Below are positions 26,526 through 36,080 of a stretch of DNA of 43,815 nucleotides, one piece after another (position 1 is the first letter of the stretch; each line of letters opens with the position of its first letter). Location: contig JAJFIN010000106.1 in NCBI GenBank assembly GCA_021774955.1, positions 1 to 43,815 of the forward strand. Reading direction: 5' to 3'. The DNA comes from Alphaproteobacteria bacterium (GTDB lineage Bacteria; Pseudomonadota; Alphaproteobacteria; M2410). The position numbers and the translations under genes are program-made. The notes under the pieces were generated by a model that was given only the letters and a program-made list of their open reading frames with translations, was not told the DNA's origin and made no database searches.

Positions 26526-28937
26526 TTAAGCAATTTGAAGATCAACTGCATCAATTCGGTTTGAAGTCTTCGTTTGATGATGATTAGTCGGCGCGTTTTT
26601 GGCCAAACCTAGCTCGATTAGTTCAAATTCGTCAATCTTTCTTAGATGGTATTTAGTTTCCACTCCATTGGCATTCTTATCGCTAAGTGGGAAGAGCTGA
26701 AAGCTATGGAAAAAGTCTAGCTGTCTATCCTTTGCGTTTAGTAGCAGTTCTAAGTAGTCGTCACCAACTTTTGCGCGGCGTGATATTTCCAGCAATCTAT
26801 TTCGAAAAGACTCTATTTGAACAATATCTTCTGAGTTCAACGCTAGTTCTGTAGCTCGACTCAAAATCGTGTCGAGTGTCCCTATTGCTTCATCAAGCAG
26901 CGACGTGTCCTGACATTCAGGGTGTTTAAAGTATTCGTATAAACATAGCGCTCGACCAAAGGAAACTCGCAACCAAAACTCTGGCATTTTGTTGATAGAA
27001 ATTGAGGAAAGTGCGAATCCATAGGCCCCTAGTGCCAACTTAAAAGCGTCGCTCTGCCTCTTTCTATTTTCAAGGCTAGCAAGCTGATGAAGTATGAATG
27101 CTCGGAATGCCCCGCTGTTAGCCCTAAGCAGCTCACGTTGTTCTTGGCTTGATGGGTCTGGAGCCTCGTTGACGGTCTCCAGCGCTTCGTCAAATGCCTC
27201 AAGTGCTTTCTTTAGCTCCTCAGCGCGCGGTTTCCCTGTTCGAATGCTTGCCAATCTAAAATAGGCATGGCCAATATGGTTGTGTATCCTTATCCAGTCC
27301 AGAGGTTTCGGAACTTTCCCGTTCAGTGCTGACTTACTTTGAGTAAATGCTTCAATAGCACCCTTGAGCAATTTCTTACGCTTCGATTGGCTTTTGATGC
27401 TGGCAAGCTTCAGAAGCACCACCCCTAAATAGAATTGTATTTCCCGCCACTGGTCTTTTGCATCTTCCTTGGTCCAAACCAAGCTTGCTAGTTCGAAGGC
27501 TTTAGCAGCATCCTCGAGCCGTTTTAACCGATTCTTGCTGGTATCTTGGGCGGCTAAGCCGAGTAGAGCCAGACCGTATATGCTCTGAGTTAATGCCCAC
27601 TGCAATTTAAATGAATATCTTTTCAGCACCGGTAGAGCACTGGCAAATGCCTTTGTCGCCGTCTCCAGAGTTTCCTGTCGTGCGCTACCCGCAAGTCGAG
27701 ATGCCAAGCCTACACAAACAATGCCATACAGGCTTTCGGTCATCGACTGTAGCACTAACGTGCCTTCCCCTTTCCATGCTTCTATGGCTGCAGAAAGCTC
27801 TTTCAAAGCCGCTTGGAATAGGCTGAGACCCCTATCTTCGCCACCCTTCAGAGGTGCGAGTATCAAATATAAAATACCCAGAAGAGACCTAATGCTTGCG
27901 TATTCAGCTCCATGGTCTCTTGGCATCCAAATCTCTAACGCCTCTTGGGTTGAGCCAATTGCTTCCTCGACACCTTTGATTTTGTCCTGTTTTTCCTCCA
28001 TTGCCGAAAGTGACAAGCGAGCCAAGCTAAAAGACATAAGAACTACTGAGCGATTATCCCCGGTTAGGGCTGTATTTTCCATTTCTAGAAAATTACGCAG
28101 CTGTTCAACGATGGGCCTCAATACTACATTAAGTTCAGTCAGACGCTTTTTGTCTATTGTAGGGCCCTCAATTGTACTCAAGGAGAAGTCCTGGAGTGGG
28201 CTTATAGACGCAACAATTTGTGCCACTAATGCAGCACAAAGCGCGTCATTCACGCCTTCCCTGAATTCGACAATTATTGGAGTAACAGCGCTTTCCAAAT
28301 CCTCTGCTTGCAGGTGGAGAGGTAGGAAATACAATTCATAGCGCGCTCTCTCTTTGTCCGACATTAAATTATACTTGCCCCATACGAGAACATCCGCATT
28401 CTTATCGGCAAGTAGCTCTCGACGTTCTTTTAGTTTGGCTTCGAACTTCTTTGGATTATTCGTGGGGAGAGGTTTTAGGGTTTTTCTCAGACGACGGACT
28501 TCAATACCTTTTGCTGTCTTTTGTCTTGTCAAAAATGCCCATAATCGTATGGGAATTTGCTGCCAGCGGTTGAGCCCAAAATTTTTGTTCAGGTAATCCA
28601 CCAATGCAGTCGTGTTTTTCTTCTTTCGGTTGTCCCCCTCTAAGTTGGCGACAAAGATAGTCAAAATCGTCTTCTTAGAGGGGCGCATGAGCCTTATTCC
28701 GACTAGTATCGCTCCCCACGTTAAGAAGGGTAAAACAACGTAGTAGAATAGCTGATTAGTAATAAACCGTTGCAAAAAGTCTATTGTTGGTCCTACCCAC
28801 GACGGGGGAAGGAACGTGCTGAGGAATATCTCAAGCTTCTCAAGGACTCCATTTGCGGTAGAGACCATTTTTGAAATCAGACTGTTTAGGGTGTTGACGA
28901 TATTGCCACACTCCATCAGCCTATTCCTTCCGTACAC
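26526..28937 (-). CDS. Membrane-anchored helical-repeat (TPR-like) protein
   Basis: 803-aa ORF with N-terminal hydrophobic helices (FYYVVLPFLTWGAILVGIRL). It continues as about 550 aa of repetitive helical A/L/E-rich segments (recurrent AL.A...AL pattern). No P-loop or catalytic motif seen. Confidence 0.65.
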   Translation of the reverse strand: MYGRNRLMECGNIVNTLNSLISKMVSTANGVLEKLEIFLSTFLPPSWVGPTIDFLQRFITNQLFYYVVLPFLTWGAILVGIRLMRPSKKTILTIFVANLEGDNRKKKNTTALVDYLNKNFGLNRWQQIPIRLWAFLTRQKTAKGIEVRRLRKTLKPLPTNNPKKFEAKLKERRELLADKNADVLVWGKYNLMSDKERARYELYFLPLHLQAEDLESAVTPIIVEFREGVNDALCAALVAQIVASISPLQDFSLSTIEGPTIDKKRLTELNVVLRPIVEQLRNFLEMENTALTGDNRSVVLMSFSLARLSLSAMEEKQDKIKGVEEAIGSTQEALEIWMPRDHGAEYASIRSLLGILYLILAPLKGGEDRGLSLFQAALKELSAAIEAWKGEGTLVLQSMTESLYGIVCVGLASRLAGSARQETLETATKAFASALPVLKRYSFKLQWALTQSIYGLALLGLAAQDTSKNRLKRLEDAAKAFELASLVWTKEDAKDQWREIQFYLGVVLLKLASIKSQSKRKKLLKGAIEAFTQSKSALNGKVPKPLDWIRIHNHIGHAYFRLASIRTGKPRAEELKKALEAFDEALETVNEAPDPSSQEQRELLRANSGAFRAFILHQLASLENRKRQSDAFKLALGAYGFALSSISINKMPEFWLRVSFGRALCLYEYFKHPECQDTSLLDEAIGTLDTILSRATELALNSEDIVQIESFRNRLLEISRRAKVGDDYLELLLNAKDRQLDFFHSFQLFPLSDKNANGVETKYHLRKIDEFELIELGLAKNAPTNHHQTKTSNRIDAVDLQIA

Positions 28938-29420
28938 GGTGGAATGCTGTGTTAGATGGGCTGTTGGGCCAATAAACTGTAAGGCATTCGGATGAACGGG
29001 AAGTAACGTTCATCCGAGACTTATTGATGCATGAATATTCGAAAACTGAGTAATCCAATAGAACTTGCACGCATGAAATATTGCGCCCCCCGTGTACCCC
29101 TGGGAAGACTAAACCAAATCAAGACGCTTGAGCAAGAGTATTCGCATACCTCTGGGACAGATGGTTTTTCTCCGTTCAGCATCACGCCAAACACGAAGAG
29201 TATTGTTAGAGTGGCATGTCTCGTATTTGAGCTTTCCAGAATGGAGCGAGAGCGGATTAGTATCGGTTTGTCATCAATTCTTGAGTAGTTTCCGTATCAG
29301 CGCCAGCTGCAAACAGTCAAACACAAAGCTATATACGTTATCGTTTTACGATATCATCCGAGCCGCATCGCTACGATGGCCGACTGCCGATATCACTAAC
29401 TTCGTCATGTATGTATGTTA

Positions 29421-29539
29421 CGGGGTAAATTTTGTCCGCTGTGTCAGGTGCACCGCATCGCCCTGACGCTCGAACCAGAGCTAAGCAACTCTTTGCTCTT
29501 TTGTGTGAGGGTGCCAAGCAGGAATAATTATACCCCCCG
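29421..29539 (+). repeat. Island structured repeat, copy C
   Basis: ACGGGGTAAATT...GTGTCAGGTGCACCGCATCG...CTCGAAC...GCCAAGCAGGAATAATTATACCCCCCGT. The terminal inverted symmetry ACGGGGTA / TACCCCCCGT is clearest in this copy. Confidence 0.7.
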
Positions 29540-30019
29540 TGCAAAGAACTAGTTCGTGTCATAAGACGCCCGGGGAGATCAAAAGATCAGTTCACAGAAT
29601 ATACTAATTGCTGCCTTTCCATCTGCAGAATGGCTCAAAAAATTGCAGACTCAGAATCACTTGCCATTTTCGTACTTATACGCTTCATCTCTTCCAGAAA
29701 TAGGCCCGAATAGTCTAGTCGCGAATGTGCTGCGAACAATTATCAACCTGAGGCAAATCAGTCCGTTAGGATACAGTAGATCGGACTATAGCCGAGCCTG
29801 CAGAGACCGCTCAAACTCCAACGACGCATTGTTGCGAAGGCCCATGAGCCCTATAATGGAATAGCTCTAAAATTGGAGTCTTGGAGCAAGAGCTAGCTGG
29901 AATTCTCAAGAAAATGATCGATTTAGTCGTCTTTGCTGACGATGGATTTGCAATTCCAATATGATGCAGCCTGCGGAAAGTTGACTTCCAAAGTACAACT
30001 GTCAAAGTATTAACTTACG

Positions 30020-30721
30020 TTGTCTATTTCGATTGTTCGTTGGGACATGAGGGTGTCAATGGAAACGTTTAAATCGGTTGTTGAAAACATTCGTGATCCG
30101 TCTGGACCGCTTGGTTTTTCGGTAGATTTCCTTTCGAATTTCACAAATGATTTTTTTTGGTTTGTATTTTCAGCCGCCGTTCTGTCGTTTTTGTTGCCAC
30201 GAGTTATAGAAGTTCGCGCTTATCGAAAGCAGCGTCGTGCAAGGAGAATGATTGCGGCAAGGATTGCAAGAGTTCACGACCATATATATGGATATGCGGA
30301 ATATTTGAAAACCAGGATTGAAAACGGCCAACCGATCGATCCAAACTCGGAACCCAAAATTCTTCTCGGAAACGCGTTGTATCATCTAATGGATGTGCCA
30401 AAGCATTTTTCGGTTGCCTTGAGGGGCAACGTTGCCGATGCGTATTTTGAGTACCGTATTCTGACGACATGCGGATCAGCGTTTATAGCAACACAAGCCA
30501 ATGATTATAATGGAATTTTTCAAGAAATATTCTTTTCAAAGATCGACACTTTTCTTCCAGATCCTGTACAATTGAATAATTCTTATAAGAGAATTATGAG
30601 ACACCTCGGGCGGGACATATGGGAAGTGCAGGCAATGCAGGACTATGTGAAGCCATGGGACAAAAAGACAATTAAAAAATACAAAATCATAGCTGATTTT
30701 TTCAAATTAAAGAGAGTTTAG
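30020..30721 (+). CDS. Hypothetical membrane protein
   Basis: 233-aa ORF with the TM segment FFWFVFSAAVLSFLLPRVI. It ends 13 nt before the next gene. The start is uncertain because there are several early Met/Val codons. Confidence 0.5.
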   Translation: MSISIVRWDMRVSMETFKSVVENIRDPSGPLGFSVDFLSNFTNDFFWFVFSAAVLSFLLPRVIEVRAYRKQRRARRMIAARIARVHDHIYGYAEYLKTRIENGQPIDPNSEPKILLGNALYHLMDVPKHFSVALRGNVADAYFEYRILTTCGSAFIATQANDYNGIFQEIFFSKIDTFLPDPVQLNNSYKRIMRHLGRDIWEVQAMQDYVKPWDKKTIKKYKIIADFFKLKRV

Positions 30722-30734
30722 GAGCCGCAATAAT

Positions 30735-31901
30735 ATGAACAAAACAAGTTACTCTTCGGCTGAAATGCTAGATAAACTAGTGTCTTTTGACACAACTAGC
30801 CGAAATTCAAATTTGGATCTAATTCAATTCGTTAGTGAGTATCTCTTAGGCTTGGGAGTCAAATCAAAGCTTGTTCAAAGTCCAGACAAGACAAAGGCAA
30901 ATCTCCTCGCTAGTATTGGACCTCAAAAGGCAGGTGGCGTGGTGTTATCAGGTCACACCGACGTTGTTCCAGTGGACGGCCAGGATTGGCACTCGGATCC
31001 TTTCAAGTTGATAGAAAAAGATGATAAATATTATGGCCGTGGAACTGCAGACATGAAGGGATTTTGTGCTGTAGTTCTAGCAAAAGTCCCAAGAATTTTG
31101 AGCGCAAAACTCCAAGAGCCAATTCATTTGGCGTTCTCATATGATGAAGAAGTAGGCTGCATCGGTGTTCGAGACCTTTTGCCTGTCCTAAAAAATGAAA
31201 TTCATTCTCCTAAGGCGGTCATCGTTGGGGAACCAACTTCAATGAAAGTGGCCACATCTCACAAGGGCATCAAATGCATGCGCACAGAGATTCGAGGTGT
31301 AGAGGCTCATTCTGCATACGCACATCAAGGCGAAAGTGCTATCTTCGCTGCATCCAAACTAATTGGATATCTGTCCGAACTTGCAGAAAAATGTAAGAAT
31401 GACGGCCCTCACGATGATAGATTTAACCCACCTTACACAACGATCAATATCGGAGATATTCAGGGAGGATCAGCGATCAATATAATTCCCAACCACTGCT
31501 TTTTTAATTGGGAACATAGGCCTATTCCTAGCCAAGACCCTGATGAAATTCCGGCCTTGTTTGAGGAGTTTGCAGAAGGAAAAGTGCTAGCAAAAATGCG
31601 CGAGCGTTTCGATACTTGTGAAATAGAAACGTCTGAATGGGCTTTTGTCCCTGCATTTAATTCTCAACCAGGATCTAACGCCGAGAGCTTAGCGCTAGCG
31701 TTAGCTGGACGTAACTCAACTGAAGCTATTTCGTTCACTACGGAAGCTGGGCTATTTGAGCAAATAGATTTCCCCACGGTGGTTTGTGGACCTGGAAGTA
31801 TGGATCAAGGCCACAAGCCAAATGAATTTGTTTCTCGCCAACAAATTGAGGCGTGTGAACATTTCATTGACAAACTTACTGCGGCTTTTTCGGCAAAATA
31901 G
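30735..31901 (+). CDS. M20-family metallohydrolase (ArgE/DapE-like acetylornithine deacetylase)
   Basis: LSGHTDVVPV, WHSDPF, GRGTADMKGF and SYDEEVG are typical M20 motifs. Confidence 0.8.
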   Translation: MNKTSYSSAEMLDKLVSFDTTSRNSNLDLIQFVSEYLLGLGVKSKLVQSPDKTKANLLASIGPQKAGGVVLSGHTDVVPVDGQDWHSDPFKLIEKDDKYYGRGTADMKGFCAVVLAKVPRILSAKLQEPIHLAFSYDEEVGCIGVRDLLPVLKNEIHSPKAVIVGEPTSMKVATSHKGIKCMRTEIRGVEAHSAYAHQGESAIFAASKLIGYLSELAEKCKNDGPHDDRFNPPYTTINIGDIQGGSAINIIPNHCFFNWEHRPIPSQDPDEIPALFEEFAEGKVLAKMRERFDTCEIETSEWAFVPAFNSQPGSNAESLALALAGRNSTEAISFTTEAGLFEQIDFPTVVCGPGSMDQGHKPNEFVSRQQIEACEHFIDKLTAAFSAK

Positions 31902-32227
31902 AAGTCCGTCAATTCATATTACTCCTCAGACACGACTTGTTGGGAGTTGGGCCCACGGCTGTTTCATTTACAGATTTCGGAGTCGCTTCTAACACATATA
32001 TGTTTAGAACATGACCTTTGACCTGCACTGACCTGCCCCCCTGATTGACCTCACTCATAAGGAAGATCTGTTCTGGTTGAGCCGCTCCCCATATTGCCCT
32101 CACCGGAGATTAGAGTTTCCGGCTTTGAACACGATGGCGGGCTGGTTGCGCCGTGATCTGTGAGTGCTATCGGGGTTTCGTCATGATGACTGTGACTCAC
32201 GTGTCAAACGCAGCACAATGCGATCAC

Positions 32228-33199
32228 TTAAATTACTCTTAAAATCAACCCAGCAATTAGAGGTTGTGCACTAGCTGCCAGGATAGTTATTCCAGCTGAA
32301 ATGGCTCTCGTCTGAAATGGTATTGGGCTTATCTGGTCTATTAAGCTCCGCAGCTGAGCCAATTCCTGAAGCCGCGTTAACTTGGATGGTTCCTGATCAG
32401 TCTGTACCGGGGACAGGATAGTGTTTGTGATACTAGTGAGTTCAGATGACACTCTGGCCAGTATTTCATGTTTTGTATCTCTGACGCGCCGTGAGTACAG
32501 CGTGTATGGTACCAAAATTGATGCAGTAACAATTGAAAACGAGAATACAATATATAGAAAAACCAAATCGTCCACTGGAATTTGGGAGAAAATAATACTC
32601 GTCATACTAAGCCCAACATAGATACTAGCGAAAACACCGACCCGTAAGATTATGCCGAAGAAAAAGTCAGTAGCCGGATTACGAACCTGCCAGATATCTA
32701 TCCTCATGTTTCGAACTAATGCAGGGGTTGCAGTTAGCAGTGAAATCAAAGAGTAGATGGTTGCACCGGTAATATAATTTGCAAAAAATAGAAATGCAAA
32801 AAAAGTGTATTGAAGCTCACCATTTAGATCGATCAAGCCGAGACTATTCACAAAAAACACTAGGAGTCCGCCATAAGCGATCCCACACAAAATCCGCGAG
32901 GCTGACGAAAAAAAACGGCGCAATAGTCGGTTATGTGCATTTCGGATGTGGTCTGGGTCAGACAATATATATGCCCAATACGCATACCCTCCTTCGACTG
33001 CACGCTGACGCGTATAAAGCAGTGCAATCACAAGGAAAGTAGTCGCAACAAGCAACAACTCAACGAACAGCTGATCAGGAATGATTCCGTTCGTTTTCCA
33101 CTGAATTACTAAATATGATAATGCCGCCGCGTAGCTTGCAAAGAGCGCTGCTAAATCAAACAAAAATCCAACGGATCCGATACGCGAACGCTGTTGCAT
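32228..33199 (-). CDS. Polytopic membrane protein, unknown function
   Basis: 323-aa ORF with about 7 hydrophobic segments. It lies downstream of the alpha/beta hydrolase gene on the same strand. Confidence 0.6.
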   Translation of the reverse strand: MQQRSRIGSVGFLFDLAALFASYAAALSYLVIQWKTNGIIPDQLFVELLLVATTFLVIALLYTRQRAVEGGYAYWAYILSDPDHIRNAHNRLLRRFFSSASRILCGIAYGGLLVFFVNSLGLIDLNGELQYTFFAFLFFANYITGATIYSLISLLTATPALVRNMRIDIWQVRNPATDFFFGIILRVGVFASIYVGLSMTSIIFSQIPVDDLVFLYIVFSFSIVTASILVPYTLYSRRVRDTKHEILARVSSELTSITNTILSPVQTDQEPSKLTRLQELAQLRSLIDQISPIPFQTRAISAGITILAASAQPLIAGLILRVI

Positions 33200-33248
33200 C
33201 TTACCCCCCTAAGAGTGCATTCTCATCCATATTAATCAGACAGTAGTA

Positions 33249-34076
33249 TCACCTTGCCTTGTTGACAACAATTGCATAGTAAGCTTCAGCTGCTTCAATC
33301 ATTGGTGTATGGCCAACTCCCGGAATTTCCACTTCGGCCGCATGTAATATTTTTGCCCATTTCTTTGTAATTGATCGTGAAACAATTCTATCAAACTGAC
33401 CCCTGAGCAGGGTGACTGATGCGTTAGCAATCACCATTTCAAATTGTTTAGAGACCTGAATTGCCTTGGATATCCGGCGCAGGTAGTATGCAGCGGCTTT
33501 TGGTTGTGCCTGTAACACTGATTGATAGATTTCATCCTCAAGCGCGGATCTGAGCCGAACCGTGTACCGAACGTTTGAACTGACTAATCGTCTACCAAGA
33601 AAACTCGGCAACACGCGAACAATATTGATCGCGAGTGGGATAATGGGCGGTAACAAACTAATTGGCATCCCAACGCCCTCAAATGGAGTACCACTTAGTA
33701 TCAAACTCCGAATATCACGTCGTTCTAAGTGATCAGCAATAGACGAAGATATGAGTAAGAGCGCACCAAGAGAATCAGCTACGATTGTCGGTAGGGGGTG
33801 TTCTTTTTTCAAATCCATTAATACGCTGATTAGCGCATTTCCCACGCCCTCCAAGCCTGCATCAAAACTCGTCAGCTTACATCCACCAAACCCTGGTAGA
33901 TCTACTGTGACGACAGTGTGATCATCAAGGAGGGATTGCGGAATTCTGCTCCAAATCAAAGAAGAGTGCATCCAACCATGAACGAAAACAATTACAGATC
34001 CATTCTTGCTTAGCTTGCGAATGCCAAATTCCCCAACATTTGTTTTTTTAATGCACTGATTTGCTATTCGTTTCAT
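33249..34076 (-). CDS. Alpha/beta-fold hydrolase
   Basis: VIVFVHGWMHSS (oxyanion region), nucleophile elbow ADSLGA and the C-terminal His region GVGHTPM. Confidence 0.75.
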   Translation of the reverse strand: MKRIANQCIKKTNVGEFGIRKLSKNGSVIVFVHGWMHSSLIWSRIPQSLLDDHTVVTVDLPGFGGCKLTSFDAGLEGVGNALISVLMDLKKEHPLPTIVADSLGALLLISSSIADHLERRDIRSLILSGTPFEGVGMPISLLPPIIPLAINIVRVLPSFLGRRLVSSNVRYTVRLRSALEDEIYQSVLQAQPKAAAYYLRRISKAIQVSKQFEMVIANASVTLLRGQFDRIVSRSITKKWAKILHAAEVEIPGVGHTPMIEAAEAYYAIVVNKAR

Positions 34077-34221
34077 ATCCGATTCCGAAAAGAGGTAATG
34101 AGACAGATCAATAATTTGATATTTATCACAATTAATTGCATACCTCCAATTCTACATCCATAAGCCGCTATTTGGTAGGCTTCGTGTAATTCTAAAAACC
34201 TTTTTCCGATGGTGAAGCAAA

Positions 34222-34701
34222 TCACATATCATGTTTCACGCGAGTGTGATCATAGATATCGCAAATCGCACGATCCAAAAGGATCGATTGCCCGGTGCAG
34301 CATCGTCCCCAGATGGTGAGACCGTAAAAATCCCATTCAATGGTTTCGCCTCTCTCTTCAAGTTTTTTGGCAAGCCAATCAGACACAATCCAATTTTCAT
34401 AGACCTCGCATTCTGCGGCAGAGACATCCAAAGCTAATTGATCCATCGCTGCTTTGAGGTCATCGGCGTTTTCTAAGTCGAGGCTCTCTATGAGCACCAC
34501 GGTATCCTGGTCTCGTTCGATTGCAGTCTTGATAGGTTCCCGCGCCTGGTCTGCGTTGAACGAACTAAACAGGTGCCAATGCTCTTCGTTATCTTTTCCG
34601 ATTTCAGTGACGAGAGGTGACACATTGCAAAGGACTTCGCGGCGGGCAAACGCATCCACTGCACGTTGGTACTCAGCATCCAGATATTTTCTGCCCTCCA
34701 T
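34222..34701 (-). CDS. Acidic hypothetical protein
   Basis: 159-aa D/E-rich ORF. No confident family. I only vaguely recall similar proteins from plasmids and integrative elements. Confidence 0.5.
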   Translation of the reverse strand: MEGRKYLDAEYQRAVDAFARREVLCNVSPLVTEIGKDNEEHWHLFSSFNADQAREPIKTAIERDQDTVVLIESLDLENADDLKAAMDQLALDVSAAECEVYENWIVSDWLAKKLEERGETIEWDFYGLTIWGRCCTGQSILLDRAICDIYDHTRVKHDM

Positions 34702-35341
34702 ACTACACTTTGATCAAGGGGCGCTTCCTCAGACAGGTTTGCAAGGCGTGTGGAATTTTCACAGGATTACTGCTCTTCCAAATTACGCACCCAAATTTGA
34801 AGCTAACCCAGGTTGAACGGCAATAATCTTAAGCCGCTGCTCAATGCGGTCGAGACGGTTGAAAATTTCATCATAATCACGCATGAATGTTGCATTAGTT
34901 GATACCGTCATACCTTAACCCCTCGCCGCTATACTCCGTAGAGTGATTGACTAGTCAAAAGCGGCAGAAAAAGAGGCTACGTTCAAACCCTTCGGTGGTT
35001 TATGCTGCTCCAGAGAGGGCCATAGATAGGCAATCACAGCTACTTCCTTCTTACGAGGAAGGGGCTAAAATTTACAAGTTCGACGATTAGGGTTTGCCGT
35101 TTTCTGAAGAGAGCAGCGCCGCCCGAACAGGAGGCTGAAGAGAAGTGGGACGAACATATTCTTCCAATCCCTATTGACGATATCGATCTCTATTGATTGC
35201 TGCCAACGATTAGCTTCGTTCAATTTCAATGAAAATTGAACGACACGGCGGTCTTTTGGAGAAAACTCAGAAGGGTTGCAGGTATAAGTTTGATTTAGTA
35301 TCATTAAAGCGTAAGTATCGTTTTGGGGATATGGGGACGAT

Positions 35342-35968
35342 ATGCGCGCATTCATAGCGTCAATTGACTGGTTCTTAGCGGTCATATTTGGAGCGGTTGC
35401 AGCTTTACTCATTGTTGCAATTATCAACCTTCCAACCGACCCGTACCAATGGATACCAGCGATAGCGAGCTCGGCCGAAGCATACGCCTCTGCGAACCCT
35501 TTAAAAGCGATATTCTTGGTTTTTGTCGGCAGTCTCGGCACCGTGTCGGCATATGGATTGTGGCAAAGCATACCAACTTGGGGGCAAGTCCGGTACCTCG
35601 GGATTCCACGAACAGGTTATAAGATCATAAAAAGCTTTTTTCAGATAGCAGGGCTGATCGTGCTCCCCTATGCAATCCTATCAATTCACGGTGAGTTTGC
35701 ATTTTTCTGGGATCTTGTGGCCACGGTTTTTGTCTTGCTTACACTTGGTGCCTTCGCAATCTGGCTGATTTCCGTACGAGACAAGTTCAAATTGGAAGGC
35801 TTCTACAACCGTATCGCAATGCCAATCGTGACCGTTGTGACACCAGGTGTAGACTTCGGAGTGAAGTGGTTTGGACTTATCCCTGTTCGGCAAACCCCAC
35901 GTTTTTTGGAAACTATGCTACCTAGTCTCTTTGAATGGTTTGCTGAAATCACGCCCAAGGCCCTTTAA
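35342..35968 (+). CDS. Hypothetical membrane protein (about 4 TM helices)
   Basis: 208-aa ORF with GGGGA 5 nt upstream of the ATG. It overlaps the antisense ORF 35065-35571, which I consider less likely. Confidence 0.5.
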   Translation: MRAFIASIDWFLAVIFGAVAALLIVAIINLPTDPYQWIPAIASSAEAYASANPLKAIFLVFVGSLGTVSAYGLWQSIPTWGQVRYLGIPRTGYKIIKSFFQIAGLIVLPYAILSIHGEFAFFWDLVATVFVLLTLGAFAIWLISVRDKFKLEGFYNRIAMPIVTVVTPGVDFGVKWFGLIPVRQTPRFLETMLPSLFEWFAEITPKAL

Positions 35969-36080
35969 TCCTAATCGGTATCGCTCTGAGTCAAGTTATG
36001 CCGTCTACCAGTGGATGCTTACGCAAATGCACCATATCCGGATACCGCCAGATGATAGTCAAAGTCAGTAGGCAGAATTG

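Noticed and set aside
26438-26587. 49-codon plus-strand ORF (MPMQEYIKIFEELGEAVSKTLDEQMREELIKQFEDQLHQFGLKSSFDDD)
   Set aside because: It looks helical and protein-like. However, its last 62 nt overlap the 3' end of the convergent TPR-like gene, and no ribosome-binding site is evident. I kept it only as a note.
23397-29539. Whether the 117-bp repeats are integron attC sites or a CRISPR array
   Set aside because: No RYYYAAC/GTTRRRY core sites could be seen at the ends. No IntI-type tyrosine integrase is in the window, and the cassettes have mixed orientation with their own promoter space. The repeats are also far too long and too widely spaced (2.7-3.3 kb) for CRISPR, and no cas genes are present.
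35065-35571. 168-aa minus-strand ORF overlapping the membrane-protein ORF 35342-35968
   Set aside because: It overlaps the plus-strand ORF, which has clear TM helices and a Shine-Dalgarno sequence, by 230 nt. Only its 3' part (about 35065-35304) could be an independent small gene, and I have no support for that.
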